Source of the DNA: the human T2T-CHM13v2.0 reference genome, Homo sapiens
DNA length: 64,000 nucleotides
Strand: one strand, 5' to 3'
Assembly: GCF_009914755.1 (NCBI RefSeq)
Contig: NC_060925.1
Shown here: piece after piece, positions 26,362 through 37,690 of the stretch
How positions within the stretch are numbered: position 1 is the first letter of the stretch
How the letters are laid out: every line of letters begins with the position of its first letter
The notes under the pieces: model-generated
Seen by the model: only the letters and a program-made list of their open reading frames with translations
What the model was told of the DNA's origin: nothing
Database searches by the model: none
Position numbers and translations under genes: made by a program

Positions 26362-26858
26362 GTATGTTCATAGGAGCACTATCACAACAGCCAAGCGGGA
26401 GAAGCAACTCCAGTGTCCATGATGGGTGAATGGCTAAACAAAACATGGTACATCCGAACGACGGAATGTTATTCAGCCTGACAAAAGACGGGAATTCTGA
26501 CACATACTACACAGCATGGATGAACTGTGAGGACATCATGGTAAGTGAAATGAGCCAGTCACAAAAAGAACAAATACTGTATGATTCCACTTATATGAGA
26601 CACCTAGAGTAGTCAAACTCATTGAGAAAGAAAGCAGAATAGAGGTTACCAGGGGCTGGGGGAGAGGGAAAAGAGGAGTTAGTACAGACTAAAGGGTCAG
26701 AGTTTCAGCTTGGGAAAATGAAAAGGTTCTGGAGACGGATGGCGGGGATGGTTATACAACAATGTGAATGTACTTAATGCCAATGAACTAACTCCACACT
26801 TAAAAATGGTTAAGATAATGAGTGGTGTTATGTGTATTTCACCACGATTGAAAATAAT
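26362..26858 (+). mobile_element. L1MB-like LINE-1 3' end
   Basis: 'agtgaaatgagccagtcacaaaaagaacaaatactgtatgattccacttatatgag', 'acaacaatgtgaatgtacttaatgcc'. Confidence 0.85.
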
Positions 26859-27359
26859 AATTCTTTTAAAAGGAGGAGGAGGTCAAGGTGTTCATTTATC
26901 ACCCGTGGACCCTGTCTCGCCATCCCAAGGAGGAAGAGAGGACGATCCCGAGTAGAACGGGCTGCTGGGCCACACTGCCCGGATCCCCATCTGCCTTTCT
27001 CCTGCCTCATTTCCAATTCCAGAATTATTCATCATCAAGGAGCTGCCAGAGATGGAATGTGAATTAGGAGCTCAGCTTGATTTTGTTTTATCTTATTTTC
27101 CCCCAAGAGGCGCCGCCTGAGTGGGGCGGGGTGGGAGTGTGCCGAGCTTTGTTGTGACTTGTCGCCAAGCAAACGCGGTGTCAGCTTCCACGCAGGAGGC
27201 TGAGCATGGAGCATCCTGGGGCCTGTGCAGAGGATGCTTATTCCAGGAAATAATTACCCGCGTGTCCCTTCAAGTTGGCCCAAAAAATAGAACACTCAGG
27301 AGTGAGTGCTGTTATACCTTCTTAATTAGTTTCCTCATTTAACCCGGGTCATTACTAGA

Positions 27360-27560
27360 AAGGCATTCAGGCTCTGGAGACAGACCACGTTTTGATCTTT
27401 TACTCCCGCTTACTCATGGGCAATCTTAACGAAAGTCACTCAGCCTCAGTCTTCTCATCTGTAGAATGAAATGTAGAATAATGAAAGTACCTATATTGTA
27501 GGGTTGTGGTGAGGATTGATAAAATGTCATGTGTGAAGGGCTTGGCACTGATATGCCAGT
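27360..27560 (+). mobile_element. MIR followed by (CAT/CAC)n simple repeat (~27588-27630)
   Basis: 'cctcagtcttctcatctgtagaatg...gggttgtggtgaggatt'. Confidence 0.75.
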
Positions 27561-27949
27561 GTGTGGAAGCTGACTTTGTGTCACCCTGATCATCACCACC
27601 ATCACCATCATCATCATCACTATCATCATTTCTATCGGGTTGCTTTGTATATGCTGACACTATTAGACAAAGTGCCGGCGTTCAGTCTACTTTCTATTGT
27701 TCATCTCTCCATTCAAACATCCCACTTACAGGTGCCAAACCAGCCACACCTGGGGGTTGGTGTCCTCCTATGGTGGCCACACCAGTGCATGATGTAGGCT
27801 GATCTCCACCTCGACACTGGTACCATGAGGGAGCTCACATCAAGGCTGGGGCCTGTGTTCCTGGAAGCAGGGTGATGCGGCAATTAACACACCAGATCTG
27901 AGTTCAAACCTGGCTTGGCCTTTTACCAACTATGAGATCCTGGCTCTGT

Positions 27950-28352
27950 TCTTTTTAATTATAGTAAAATATACATAAAATGTAGCATCTTAACCATTTT
28001 TAAGTGTAGTTTAGTGGCATTAAGAATATTCACATTGTGCACATGTACCCTAGAACTTAAAGTATTAAAAAAAAAAAAAAGAATATTCACATTGTTGTGT
28101 AACCATCACCACTATCCATCCACAAAACTGTTTTCATCTTGCAAAACTGAAACTGTACCCACTACGCAATAACACTCCATTTCCCCCTCCTCCCAGGCCC
28201 TGGCAACCACCAGTCTACTTTCTGTCTCTATGAGTTTGACTAGTCCAAGCACTGCATATAAGTGGAATCATATCGTTTTTATCCTTTTGTGACTGGCATC
28301 CTTCACTTCGCATAATGTCCTTGAGAGCCATCCATGCTGTAGCAGGTGTCAG
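27950..28352 (-). mobile_element. L1MB-like LINE-1 3' end
   Basis: 'ccctggcaaccaccagtctactttctgtctctatgagtttgact...atataagtggaatcata'. Confidence 0.85.
28039..28078 (+). mobile_element. Ultra-short L1PA 3'-terminal insertion with poly(A)
   Basis: 'gcacatgtaccctagaacttaaagtatt' plus A-tail, flanked by 17-bp TSD aagaatattcacattgt (28022-28038, 28079-28095). Confidence 0.9.
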
Positions 28353-28419
28353 GCCATTGTGTGTCTGCTTTTTAAGTTATGCAGTGCAGAAAACATCACA
28401 GCTTAGAGTTGCTCTGAAG

Positions 28420-29180
28420 ATGGAATCTCTATCTACCCTCTTGCTCAGACCAAAATCTTAGGAATATTCCAGAATCCTCTCTATGTTCCACCCCCACACC
28501 CACACCATCAGTCAGCCCTGCTGAGCATACCTTAATCCAAGCACTCCTCTTTGGCTCCTGTGCTACCTCCATGGCCCAAGCCCCAGTCTCCTTCACCCGG
28601 TGTCTCCAAAGGTCTAACTGAGCTCCCTGATTCCACTCTTGCCCCCACAGCCACTCTTCACACAGCAGCTAGAGGGATCTGTTAAAATACAAATTAGAGC
28701 ATGTCTCTCCCCTGCTTAACACCCCCCTAAATCTTCTCATCTCCCTTTAAATAAGAATCACCCTCCTGTCCTGGACCTGCAGAGTCTCCGTGGCCAGTCT
28801 CTGCTGGTGCCCTTGATTCCTTCCTCACCATGCTCCAGCCACTGTGGCCCAACTTTCTGGTCCTCAGGCTTACCAAGTTCCTACCTCAGGGCTCTTGCAT
28901 TCACCTATCACCTCCCCCGAGAGGCCTCCCCTCACCACACAAATCAAAGAGGCAGAAGCCCACAGGTCCTCTCTCCAAGGCTGTCTTATTTCAAGTCTTT
29001 GCATGACACTTATCACAACTGGCTGTCTTTCCCCCCTTTGTTTACTGTCTATCTTCCCTACTAGAAGGTACGCTCCATGCAAGCAGGGAGCCTCTCTGAC
29101 TCATTCATTAGTATAGACCCAGTACCTGGCAGAGAGCCATTGCTCAATAAATACTTGTTGAATGAACTGACAAATGAGCA
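28420..29180 (+). mobile_element. L2 3' region
   Basis: 'cacagcagctagagggatctgttaaaa', 'ctcagggctcttgca', tail 'ctcaataaatacttgttgaatgaa'. Confidence 0.8.
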
Positions 29181-29788
29181 ATGAAACCATGTATACAGAG
29201 CACTTTGCATGCTGCCTGGCAAGACGTTGTACTAGATGGCAGTCATTATTATTATCATCATTGTCATCATAATGATTACCCTGGGCCTCCTGCCTCATTG
29301 ATCTGCAAGGCTAGACCTCGCTTTAAGATTTGGGACAAGATCAATAAGTGTCCAGGACTTTCTGTGTCATCAAAGGAGCTGGAATTCATCAAAGGGGCTG
29401 TGAGTGAACAAGTTTCATGCCTTATAGGTCTGTGTGTTCAGGCTTAATGTCAATGAGTTCTACACAATCCTATCCCACTCCCAGGTTGGCCAAAGACACT
29501 AAGATTGCTGACATGAGAAGGTCTAGGAAGGGCAGGCAGGGCTGGAGCTGGAAGGATAAGCCAGTGGGAGGAGACAGAAGGGGCAGCTGAGAGACAGTCT
29601 CTCTGGACCCACAGTGACTGAAGACCGACAGCACCATGACCATCAGGACCTGAAAGGTTCCCAGATCTGGGTTCCCTGCAGTAGAGACACCGAACAGAAC
29701 CCTGATCCTGCCAATAAGCAATTCATTTATCAATAGACCTTCCAGATCTCCTGCCATGTGCCTGTACTAGACCCATTAACTCAGTCAC

Positions 29789-29830
29789 TGTGTGTGTGTG
29801 TGTGTGTGTGCACGCACGCATGTGTGTGTG
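29789..29830 (+). repeat. (TG)n microsatellite, interrupted
   Basis: Direct reading. Confidence 0.95.
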
Positions 29831-29909
29831 TTGGTGCTGCTGCTAGGTGACTGCAGATGCCACCCTGAAAAAATAATCAAACAGCTCTTTGAGGGATGCT
29901 TCATGCAGG

Positions 29910-29923
29910 GTTTCCATGGCAAC
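29910..29923. promoter_or_regulatory. Consensus RFX X-box GTTTCCATGGCAAC
   Basis: Full match to GTTNCCATGGNAAC in non-repeat sequence; motif only. Confidence 0.5.
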
Positions 29924-30189
29924 GCTTTATGAAACAGCAAGGCGAACTTTGGTAGGCTCGCTCCCACCCCCACGCCTTTTCCTGACTGCCACAGGGATCC
30001 TCATTCCATGAGGCTGTGTTTTTCCAAAGCACTGGGTCCTCTTGGCTGTGGGACCTTGACTTGATTACTTACCCCCTCTCTGCCTCAGTTTCCTCACTTG
30101 TAAATGAGGACAATGATAGTACCTATCACATAGCATTGTTCTGAGAATGAAATGAGTTTGTAAGTGTAAAGCACCTCTTCCATGGTTAG

Positions 30190-30754
30190 TGTGATAAGCA
30201 GAATTCTGAAATGCCCCTCAGCATCCCACCCCTTGGTCCCATCTCCACAATCCCCTCCCTTTGGGTGTGAATAGGACCCGTAGAGATGATGGGCTGTCAC
30301 ACCCATGACTAGGTAAAGTTATATGGCAGAGGTGAAGGGATTTTTTTTTGCAGACATAACTGAGGTCCCTGATGAGTTGACTTTGAGTTAATCCAAAAAG
30401 AAATTCTCCTGGGTGAGCCTGGTCAAATCAGGTAAGCCCTGAGGGTTTAGAGGTTAGAGACTTGAAGCAGTAGAGACTTTTCTGCTGACCTTGAAGAAGG
30501 AAGCCATCCTGATTTTACAGCTGTAAGGAAACCATTCTGCCACCAATCATGTGAACTTGAGAGAGGCCCTCAGGTCTCTGATAAAACCTCAGCCTTAGCT
30601 GCCCCTGGATGACAGCTTTGTGAGACCCTTAGTAGAGAACTTAGCTCAGCCATGCCTGGACTTCTGACCCATGGAAACTGTGCGGTAGTAAATGTGGTTT
30701 AAGCTGCTATGTGTGTGGTGATTTTTTTTATGCAGCAGAAAGCAAGCTGAAACA
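30190..30754 (+). mobile_element. MLT1E-like MaLR solo LTR
   Basis: TG...CA termini and perfect 5-bp TSD gttag (30185-30189, 30755-30759). Confidence 0.85.
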
Positions 30755-31346
30755 GTTAGTGTTTAAGAGATGTTCATGCTTGTGGATATGATACCCCTCT
30801 GCCCACACAAGGCCCTCGCCATGCTGTGTTGTAGCTGCCTATTTATCTCGACTCCCTGCTGACCTGTGACCTTCCCACACAGGTGCCCAGTAAAGGTGAG
30901 CCCCTGCTCAATTTTCCAGATCAGATAACATGTGCTTCCCTCGTGGTCACAGTGAGATGATGTCTGGAAATAGCAACCTGCTGATCTAGGTGGAGAGGAA
31001 AGGCGCCTGCTCTGAAGACTATGGATGCTTCTCTTTGTTTATTCTGAGCCTAGATAAAAAATGCCACAGAGAAGGCGTGTGGTGACACGTGTGACACTGC
31101 TGGCTTAATTGCCAATGTGAGAAAACACAAAAGCCTGAAACTCCGCAAAGGCAGGGATCGTGTATGCCTCATCCTTATCAACTGCCCAGCACAGTGCCAG
31201 ACACACACAGATATTTAAGTCAGAAACGAGTTTTTGCCTTCCATTTCCATTCAATGTAGAATAAAACCCAAAGTCCTCCCTGTGACCTCAGAGGTGGGCC
31301 TGCGTGTTCTCGCCCCAGCAGCCTCTCTGTCCTCAGGCCCTACCTC

Positions 31347-31458
31347 TAGGTGACCAATTTAGTCCCAGTTTGCCCGGGACATATCCAGGTTTAGTACTGA
31401 AAGTCCCGTGTCCCGGAAAATCCTCTGTCAAAGCAAAGCAGCACAGTTGCTCACCCTG
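31347..31458. mobile_element. MER81-type hAT MITE inside an L2
   Basis: 'taggtgacc...ccagtttgcccgggac...gctcaccctg'; opposite orientation to the copy at 6943. Confidence 0.75.
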
Positions 31459-33442
31459 CCCCCTCTCCCTCCTGCTGCCCTTGACTCCTTCCATAGGGGC
31501 CTTCAGGTGGCTCCTCACACCTGCCAAACTCAAAGCCCTTTGCGGTGTTTGCAAAAACTCCTGGCTTCACATCTTTCAGGTCTCTTTTCAAGGGTCAGCT
31601 CCTCCAGGAAGCCCTCCCAGACTGCCCTGTCCCATGTAATGCAGCTCACCACTCTCTTTCCCTGACCCTGCTTTTGTTCTGCATGCCATTTATCCCAATC
31701 TGAAATTATTTTTTGATTGGCTTGCCCCCTGGCTGTCTCCACACCAGAAGTCAACCTCTACAAGGGCAGCGGCTTTGTTGCATTCCTGCTGGATCCTAGC
31801 AGCGTGGGCATAGGTCAAATGAATGAATGAATAAAGCTTTGTCTGGCAACTTGACTTTCGGCCCCTTTCCAAATCCTGATCCCCACGTGACAGAAGCCCT
31901 CTGGGTCTCAGGAGGTCACAATGGTCCACAGTGAGGACCCTACCCTGCTCCTGCCCCCAGCCCACTCTTACCATCCCTGGTGCCTCCAGGGCTGTGCTGA
32001 CTGTCGTCTTCCAACTCAAGCTGGCCTCTTGCCCCACCCTATATTCTTCCTCAGGTGGACCTCCTGGGAATCCCCAGAGGCCCACCCCCATGGGATGGGT
32101 CTCGGCCTCAGACCACCTCCTCTGTGCTGGAAACTGTCTTTCATTTGTCAGAGGTTTGAGCAATCTCACATCTGCTCTGCCCCTGGCATACCTCACTCAA
32201 TTATTCAACACACAAAATCCACGGGAGGTAGATTCGCTCACACAGACATTATCAGACCACTGACTTGGAACCCTGATGCTCTCTGGAAGCAGTTTCTTCC
32301 TAATTATTCAATAATTTATTTTATAACTCTGTGGAGCAGTCTGGGCCAGCCATCGGGGACAGGGACATTGATCAGACATAGGTCCTGCCTTCAAGGGGCT
32401 CATGGTGTTGTGGGGGAGACAGATGTGCAGCCAAACAATTACAGAGAGATAAGGGGGTGCTGCAGTGGAAGCCTGTGCCAGGCACCATGGAAGCCCAGGG
32501 GCACCGCACGCATTTCCCATGGAAACAGAGACTCTCATTTGCCAACCTTTCTGAGCTCAGGAATCAGACGCCTCCTCTCCCAGCTAACAGGATCTCTCTG
32601 GGGGATGAGAGTTTTGCATTTCAGTCTCAGTACTTAGCAGAAGTCTATGTATATGATGTCTTTAGAAAGCGCCCACTGATTAGGGACATATCTGGTTTGA
32701 GGGCGACTCTGGAATTAGTGAGTTATTGGGAGGCAGTGATTCAGGAAGCATGTCCATGGCAGGTGGGGTCTGAAGTGGGCCACATCTCCCATCCTTTTCC
32801 TGATCCCTGTGTGGGCACAGACAACCCCAGGCCACAATTTCTGACTCCATCTCCTACCATTCTCTATTGTTTCTGGTTTACTGGGCCTTATATGAAATCC
32901 AGGCCATCAATGCGCTACAGCGCATCAGCCCCCTCCCCTGCCAATCCCCTACTTGCCAGCTGTAGTCACACTTTCCAAGGAGGAGCACCCACAACTCATG
33001 GCTTGGCAGCCTCCCTGCCTGGTCTCACCATTGCCCCAGAGCCCCCTGCAGGTGCATCAGTGGGTGTCGAAGGCTTTGCAGCTGATGTCACTGGGCATCC
33101 TAACAAGGGCCTGTGCTTCCCCCAGTTCAAGACCAGCCTGATCCCAAACCCCACCTCTTTCTCACAGCCTGCCTCTGCCTCTAAAATCCCATTAGGCCTG
33201 TGTAAGACTGAGGAGCTGCGCTCACTGGGACAGGAGTCTTCTGGCCTTGCATGCCCTGTCCTGCTTGGAAGGCAAAGGAGGCCAGTATCTCAGTGACATC
33301 TGGGAGGGAGTGGCAATGTCATGGTGTGGTTCCAAGCACGGTTCTGGAATCAGATAGGCCTGGGCATCCACCTTAGCTGTGTGACTTTGAGAACTACACT
33401 GTACCTCTCTGACCTTCAGGGGCCTCATCAGTGAGATGAGAG

Positions 33443-33807
33443 TGAGATGGTTTGAATGCGAGCCTAGTGAGAGGTGTTTGGGTCATGGGGGTGGATCTCT
33501 CATGAAGGCTTTGGTGCTGTCCTGGCAGTAATGAGTGAGTTCTCACTCCATGAGTTCACGCAGTTGATCGTTTAAAGGAGCCTGAAATCCCCTCCCTTTC
33601 TCTCTTTCTCCCTCTCTTGCCATGGGACACGCTGGCTTCCCTTCACCTTCCCCCATGACTGTAAGCTTCCTGAGGCCTCACTGGAAGCAGATGCTGGCAC
33701 TATGCTTCATGTACAGCCTGCAGAACCATGAATCAAATCAACCTCTTTTCCTTATAAATTGCCCAGCCTCACATATTCCTTTATAGCAACACAAATGGAA
33801 GAATACA
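33443..33807 (+). mobile_element. MSTB-like MaLR solo LTR inserted in a MIR
   Basis: 'gaggtgtttgggtcatgggggtggatc', 'ccatgactgtaagcttcctgaggcctc', end 'gaataca'; TSD gagag/gggag. Confidence 0.85.
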
Positions 33808-34389
33808 GGGAGTTATTAAGACTTGGGGATGTTGAGAAGATTAAATGAGATAGATCATGTGAAAAACACATGTCACAGACACTGGCACCTAGTAAGGACT
33901 CAATAAATGGTACACTAGCTGTTTGGGATGGATGGAATGGAAAACATTCCAGCAAATTCATGCGGTCTGGGCAAGAGAGAGGATGCTCAGGCTCCTTTGC
34001 CCAGGACTCGTACTGCAGGGCCAGCAGCCTCACTCACAGTTGACATCTTCCTTGCATGCTTCCCTCCCTCTGTTCAGGCTTCATCCATTTTTAATGATGA
34101 GGAGCATGTCTGCCTGAAAGCGGTCCCTGGGGAGGGGGAGCGAGTTCTATATGTGGGCATGTTGCTACTTAGGGGGCTTGCTCTTACCCAAAAGAGTTGG
34201 GGGTTTAGGGGGCCACAGAAAGACTTCATTTGAGTAAAGCATGTGCAGCATCTGTGCAAACACACATGCTCTGTGGAATCCAGCCACTTTCAAGCAAGGT
34301 CAGCCCAGGTTCTCATAGGGGATTTGAAGCAGGATTCACTTGACAAACATCTGATTTACAAGGAACCTTGAGGGAAAAAATTTATTACT

Positions 34390-34875
34390 GCTTCTCTACT
34401 CCAATGCCCCAACAGCTTCCCCTCTTACTCAGAGGAAATGCCAGGTCCTTCCAATGGCCTGCAGGGCCCCAGGTGAGTTGCTTCTTCCCTGCCTTCCTCT
34501 CTACTCCCTCCCTTGCTCCAGCCTCTGGACCTTTGTACTTGCAGCTCCCTCTGCCTGGAATAATCTTCCTCCCCCAAATCAGCAAGATTGACTCCCTCAT
34601 ATCCTTCAGGTGTGTCCGCAAATGTCTGCTGCTCGGTGAGATCCTCTTTAAAATTGCATCCAGACCCATCTCTCCCCACCTCTATTCCCTGCTTCCTTTT
34701 TATTCATAGCATCTAACATATCATGCAGAACCTGTAACCACACTGTTTATTTTCTCTGGAATGCAAACTCATGAAGGAAGAGATTTCTGTTTCCTTCATT
34801 CTTGTCCTTAGGGCTTAGAGCAATGTCTGGTACGTAGTTGGCCCTCAGTAAATATCTGTGAATGAATGAATAAGG
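34390..34875 (+). mobile_element. L2 3' end
   Basis: 'ctttgtacttgcagctccctctgcctggaat', tail 'cagtaaatatctgtgaatgaatgaa'. Confidence 0.75.
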
Positions 34876-35114
34876 GAAAGGAAGAATGAAGAGCAGGTGT
34901 CACCTGCCTGAGAGTGCAGATCTTGCTGTCAAAAGATTGAGAGTCTAAAGCCTGTCTTCCTCACCCTGGATCCAACAACAGTGTCTTAAATGCAACCCCA
35001 GCCACACCATTCTCCTCTCAAAGCCCCTTATGGGGCCCCTCACCTAATCTGAATACCTACCCCTGGCTTATGCAACAGTCTCCTCACTGCATCTGCTCTT
35101 CTGCACCTTGACAG

Positions 35115-35980
35115 CCCATTGGAATCTCTGAGGAACTTTAAAATACAGATGTCTGGGTTCTACTCCCAAAGATTCCGATTTATTTGGTCTTGGATGAGGT
35201 CTCAGCATGGGCTCTCTTACAGCCTTGTTGAGGTTATAATTGGCATATATTTAAAGTGTACACACTTTATTTTAACAACAAATATTTAAAATGTACACTT
35301 TGTTACATTTTAAAGTATGTATACTCCTCTTAAACCATCACCACAATCAGGATAATGAAGGTATCAATCATTCCCGAGATTTTCCTCTGGACCCACCCCA
35401 TGCAGTCCCTTTCTCCTCTCCTCTCTATCCTCTCTCCCCAGGCAACAACTGATCTGCTTTCCCTCACTCTCAACTAGTTTAAAATGTCCAGAATTTCATA
35501 TAAATGTAATCATACAGGACTCATTTTGGTCTGACTTCTTCCACTCAGGATAGTTCACTTGATATCCATCCATGCTGTTGCTTGTATCAGTTCCTTCTTG
35601 TTTATTGCTGCATAGTATTCCACTGAAGGGATATACTACTATTTATTTATTCATTCATCTGTTGATGGACATTTGCATTATTTCTAGTTTTCTGTTCTTA
35701 CAAATAGAACCACTATAAACATTTGGGTACAAGTCTTTGTGTGGACATATGTGTTAATTTTCCTTGCAGTAAAGCCTGGAAGTAGAATGGCTGTGTCAGA
35801 TGGCAGATGTGTCTTTAACTTTTCAAGAAACTGCCAAGCTGCCAAGGTGTTTGTCCAAAGTGGTTGTGCCATTTTGTCTTCTCACCTACAGTGTACGAGA
35901 GTCTCCCTGAGGGTGCAGATTTTTAAAAGATCCTTGGGTGGTTCTAATGTGGGGTTGGGGATTAGAACAACTGCTCTAAA
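35115..35980. mobile_element. MER5A-like MITE split by an antisense L1M fragment (~35220-35900)
   Basis: MER5 halves 'aaaatacagatgtctggg...gattccgatttatttggtct' and 'gatccttgggtggttctaatgtg...agaacaactgctcta'; L1 'cattcatctgttgatggacatttg', 'agaaactgccaa'. Confidence 0.75.
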
Positions 35981-36014
35981 CAGTAAGATCTTTGAGATTG
36001 AAGTGGTGCCATGG

Positions 36015-36215
36015 AGTGGTGGAGAGAAGGCGCTGCAGCAAGACTGTCCGGGTTCAAATCCTGGCTCTACCACTTCCTAGATGTGGGACTTAACCTCTCT
36101 ATGTCTCAATGTGTTCAGCTATAACATGGAGATGATAATAACAGTGCCTGCCTCACAGGGCTATTGTGAAGAAAGAAGTACATAGAATGTACTTAAATCA
36201 GCCCCTGGCACATGA
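36015..36215 (+). mobile_element. MIR
   Basis: 'gggttcaaatcctggctctaccacttcctag'. Confidence 0.8.
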
Positions 36216-37526
36216 TCAGCATCTCATCCATATCTGTAATTCTCTTTGAATCTCTGCACTCCTAGTCCCCAGTAAAACGTGCTTGGCACATGTTAGGCTC
36301 TTTGGAGGTAATTGCTGGATGAATGAAGAAATAAGCAACTGGAATAGGACAAGGGCAGAGGTTCTAGAAGCCTTAAGTTTTGTATATTCCAGGTTTCTGA
36401 CTTGTTTTGAGATAATTTTAGGACTCATCCTCCCACTCCCAACAAGACTTCTGCTTTTTTGTTTTTATTTCTGAGGATGGGGACCCCAAGCCTCTTCTCT
36501 CCTTCTGATCTGTCCAGGCAGATGGATGCACAACCCCTCCCATCATATGAAAGCCCCTGCTCCCAGACCCCAGAAGTGAGGCCTTCCTGGCCCTAGATGG
36601 TTGAGGGGTAGGGCGCTGCAGCACTGGGAGTTCAGGTTTCAGCACCAGGTATATCTGGCTTTATATCCTGACTCTCCCCTTAACTATCAGCTGAGTGACT
36701 GGGGACACATCACTGGACCTCTCTGTGCTCTGTGTCCTCGTTTATGAAATGGTAGTGCTCATAACACCTCTCTAGCAAGACTATAGAGGATCAGATGAGA
36801 ACTTGCATTTAGCACTGTGACAAGTAGCACATGGAAAGCACTCAGGAAACTCAGGAATTTACTATTCTTCTTCACACCTCAAAGGTGCAGAGGCAGAGGG
36901 CTGCTTGGCCCAGGCACCTGGACTGACTCTGTCCCTCTAGGTTGCCTCAAATCATCAAGCTTCCCCTTGGTAAACCTTATGGAGCTTGAATCAAAGTCAC
37001 CCAGGATGGGGTTAGAATTCTTCTCTCCACTCATCCTCTTCCCCTCGACCGTGGAGTGAAGAAGGCCCTCCTGCTTCCCACTTTCCACAGAGGGCCTCTT
37101 GGGGGAAGGCCTGATAAAGAGCTTATGGTGATGTGTCTTCCCTGATTTGCAGGGCCTCATCATTCTTGTCATTCCTAGCTTTATAATTTCACTGTCTGGC
37201 TCTGAAATTATGCAAGAGAACAAATGCATGCCACACTTAGTGCCATAAACACACAATCTCCAGGTTCTTGTTGAAGGGTCCTCTTGGGTGCTGGTGACCC
37301 TCTCCATACTTTCAAGTTGCTCCAGCCAAGGCCACGGGGTAAGTGTGATGGTGAAGGATGCCCTTGTGCCTCGGCTTGATGCTGGGTGCTATCAGGAAGT
37401 GCTCCATAACTGGGGTCCTTGCCTTCTGGGATTCTCATCTAATGCTACATTGATATTAGACATCTAGGCACAACAACCCTCTAAAAATACTTCCTGTCTA
37501 CCAGTTTATTAAATACAGGTAAGAAT

Positions 37527-37690
37527 GGCTACCTAATTTTCAGGGCACAGTGCTGGATGAAAATGCAGGGCCTCTTTTTCAAAAAATGGTTCAGAATTTC
37601 AAGATGGTCATAGCAGAGCATAATACCATGCATAGGTTCCTCGGTGACCTGTGTGACCTCACAGTTTGTGAACCCAGGAAGCTGGCCCTG
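37527..37690 (-). mobile_element. MER91-like hAT MITE
   Basis: Reverse complement begins 'cagggccagcttcctgggttcac...gtcacacagg'. Confidence 0.55.

Noticed and set aside
26430-26612. ORF resembling the L1 ORF2 C-terminus (also 35684, 61221)
   Set aside because: Degraded L1M remnants, not functional genes.
27426-27797. Poly-His, poly-Met and poly-Asp ORFs
   Set aside because: Translations of a (CAT/CAC)n simple repeat at a MIR tail.
36637-36655. REST/RE1-like TTCAGCACC
   Set aside because: Left half-site only; no GGACAG right half.
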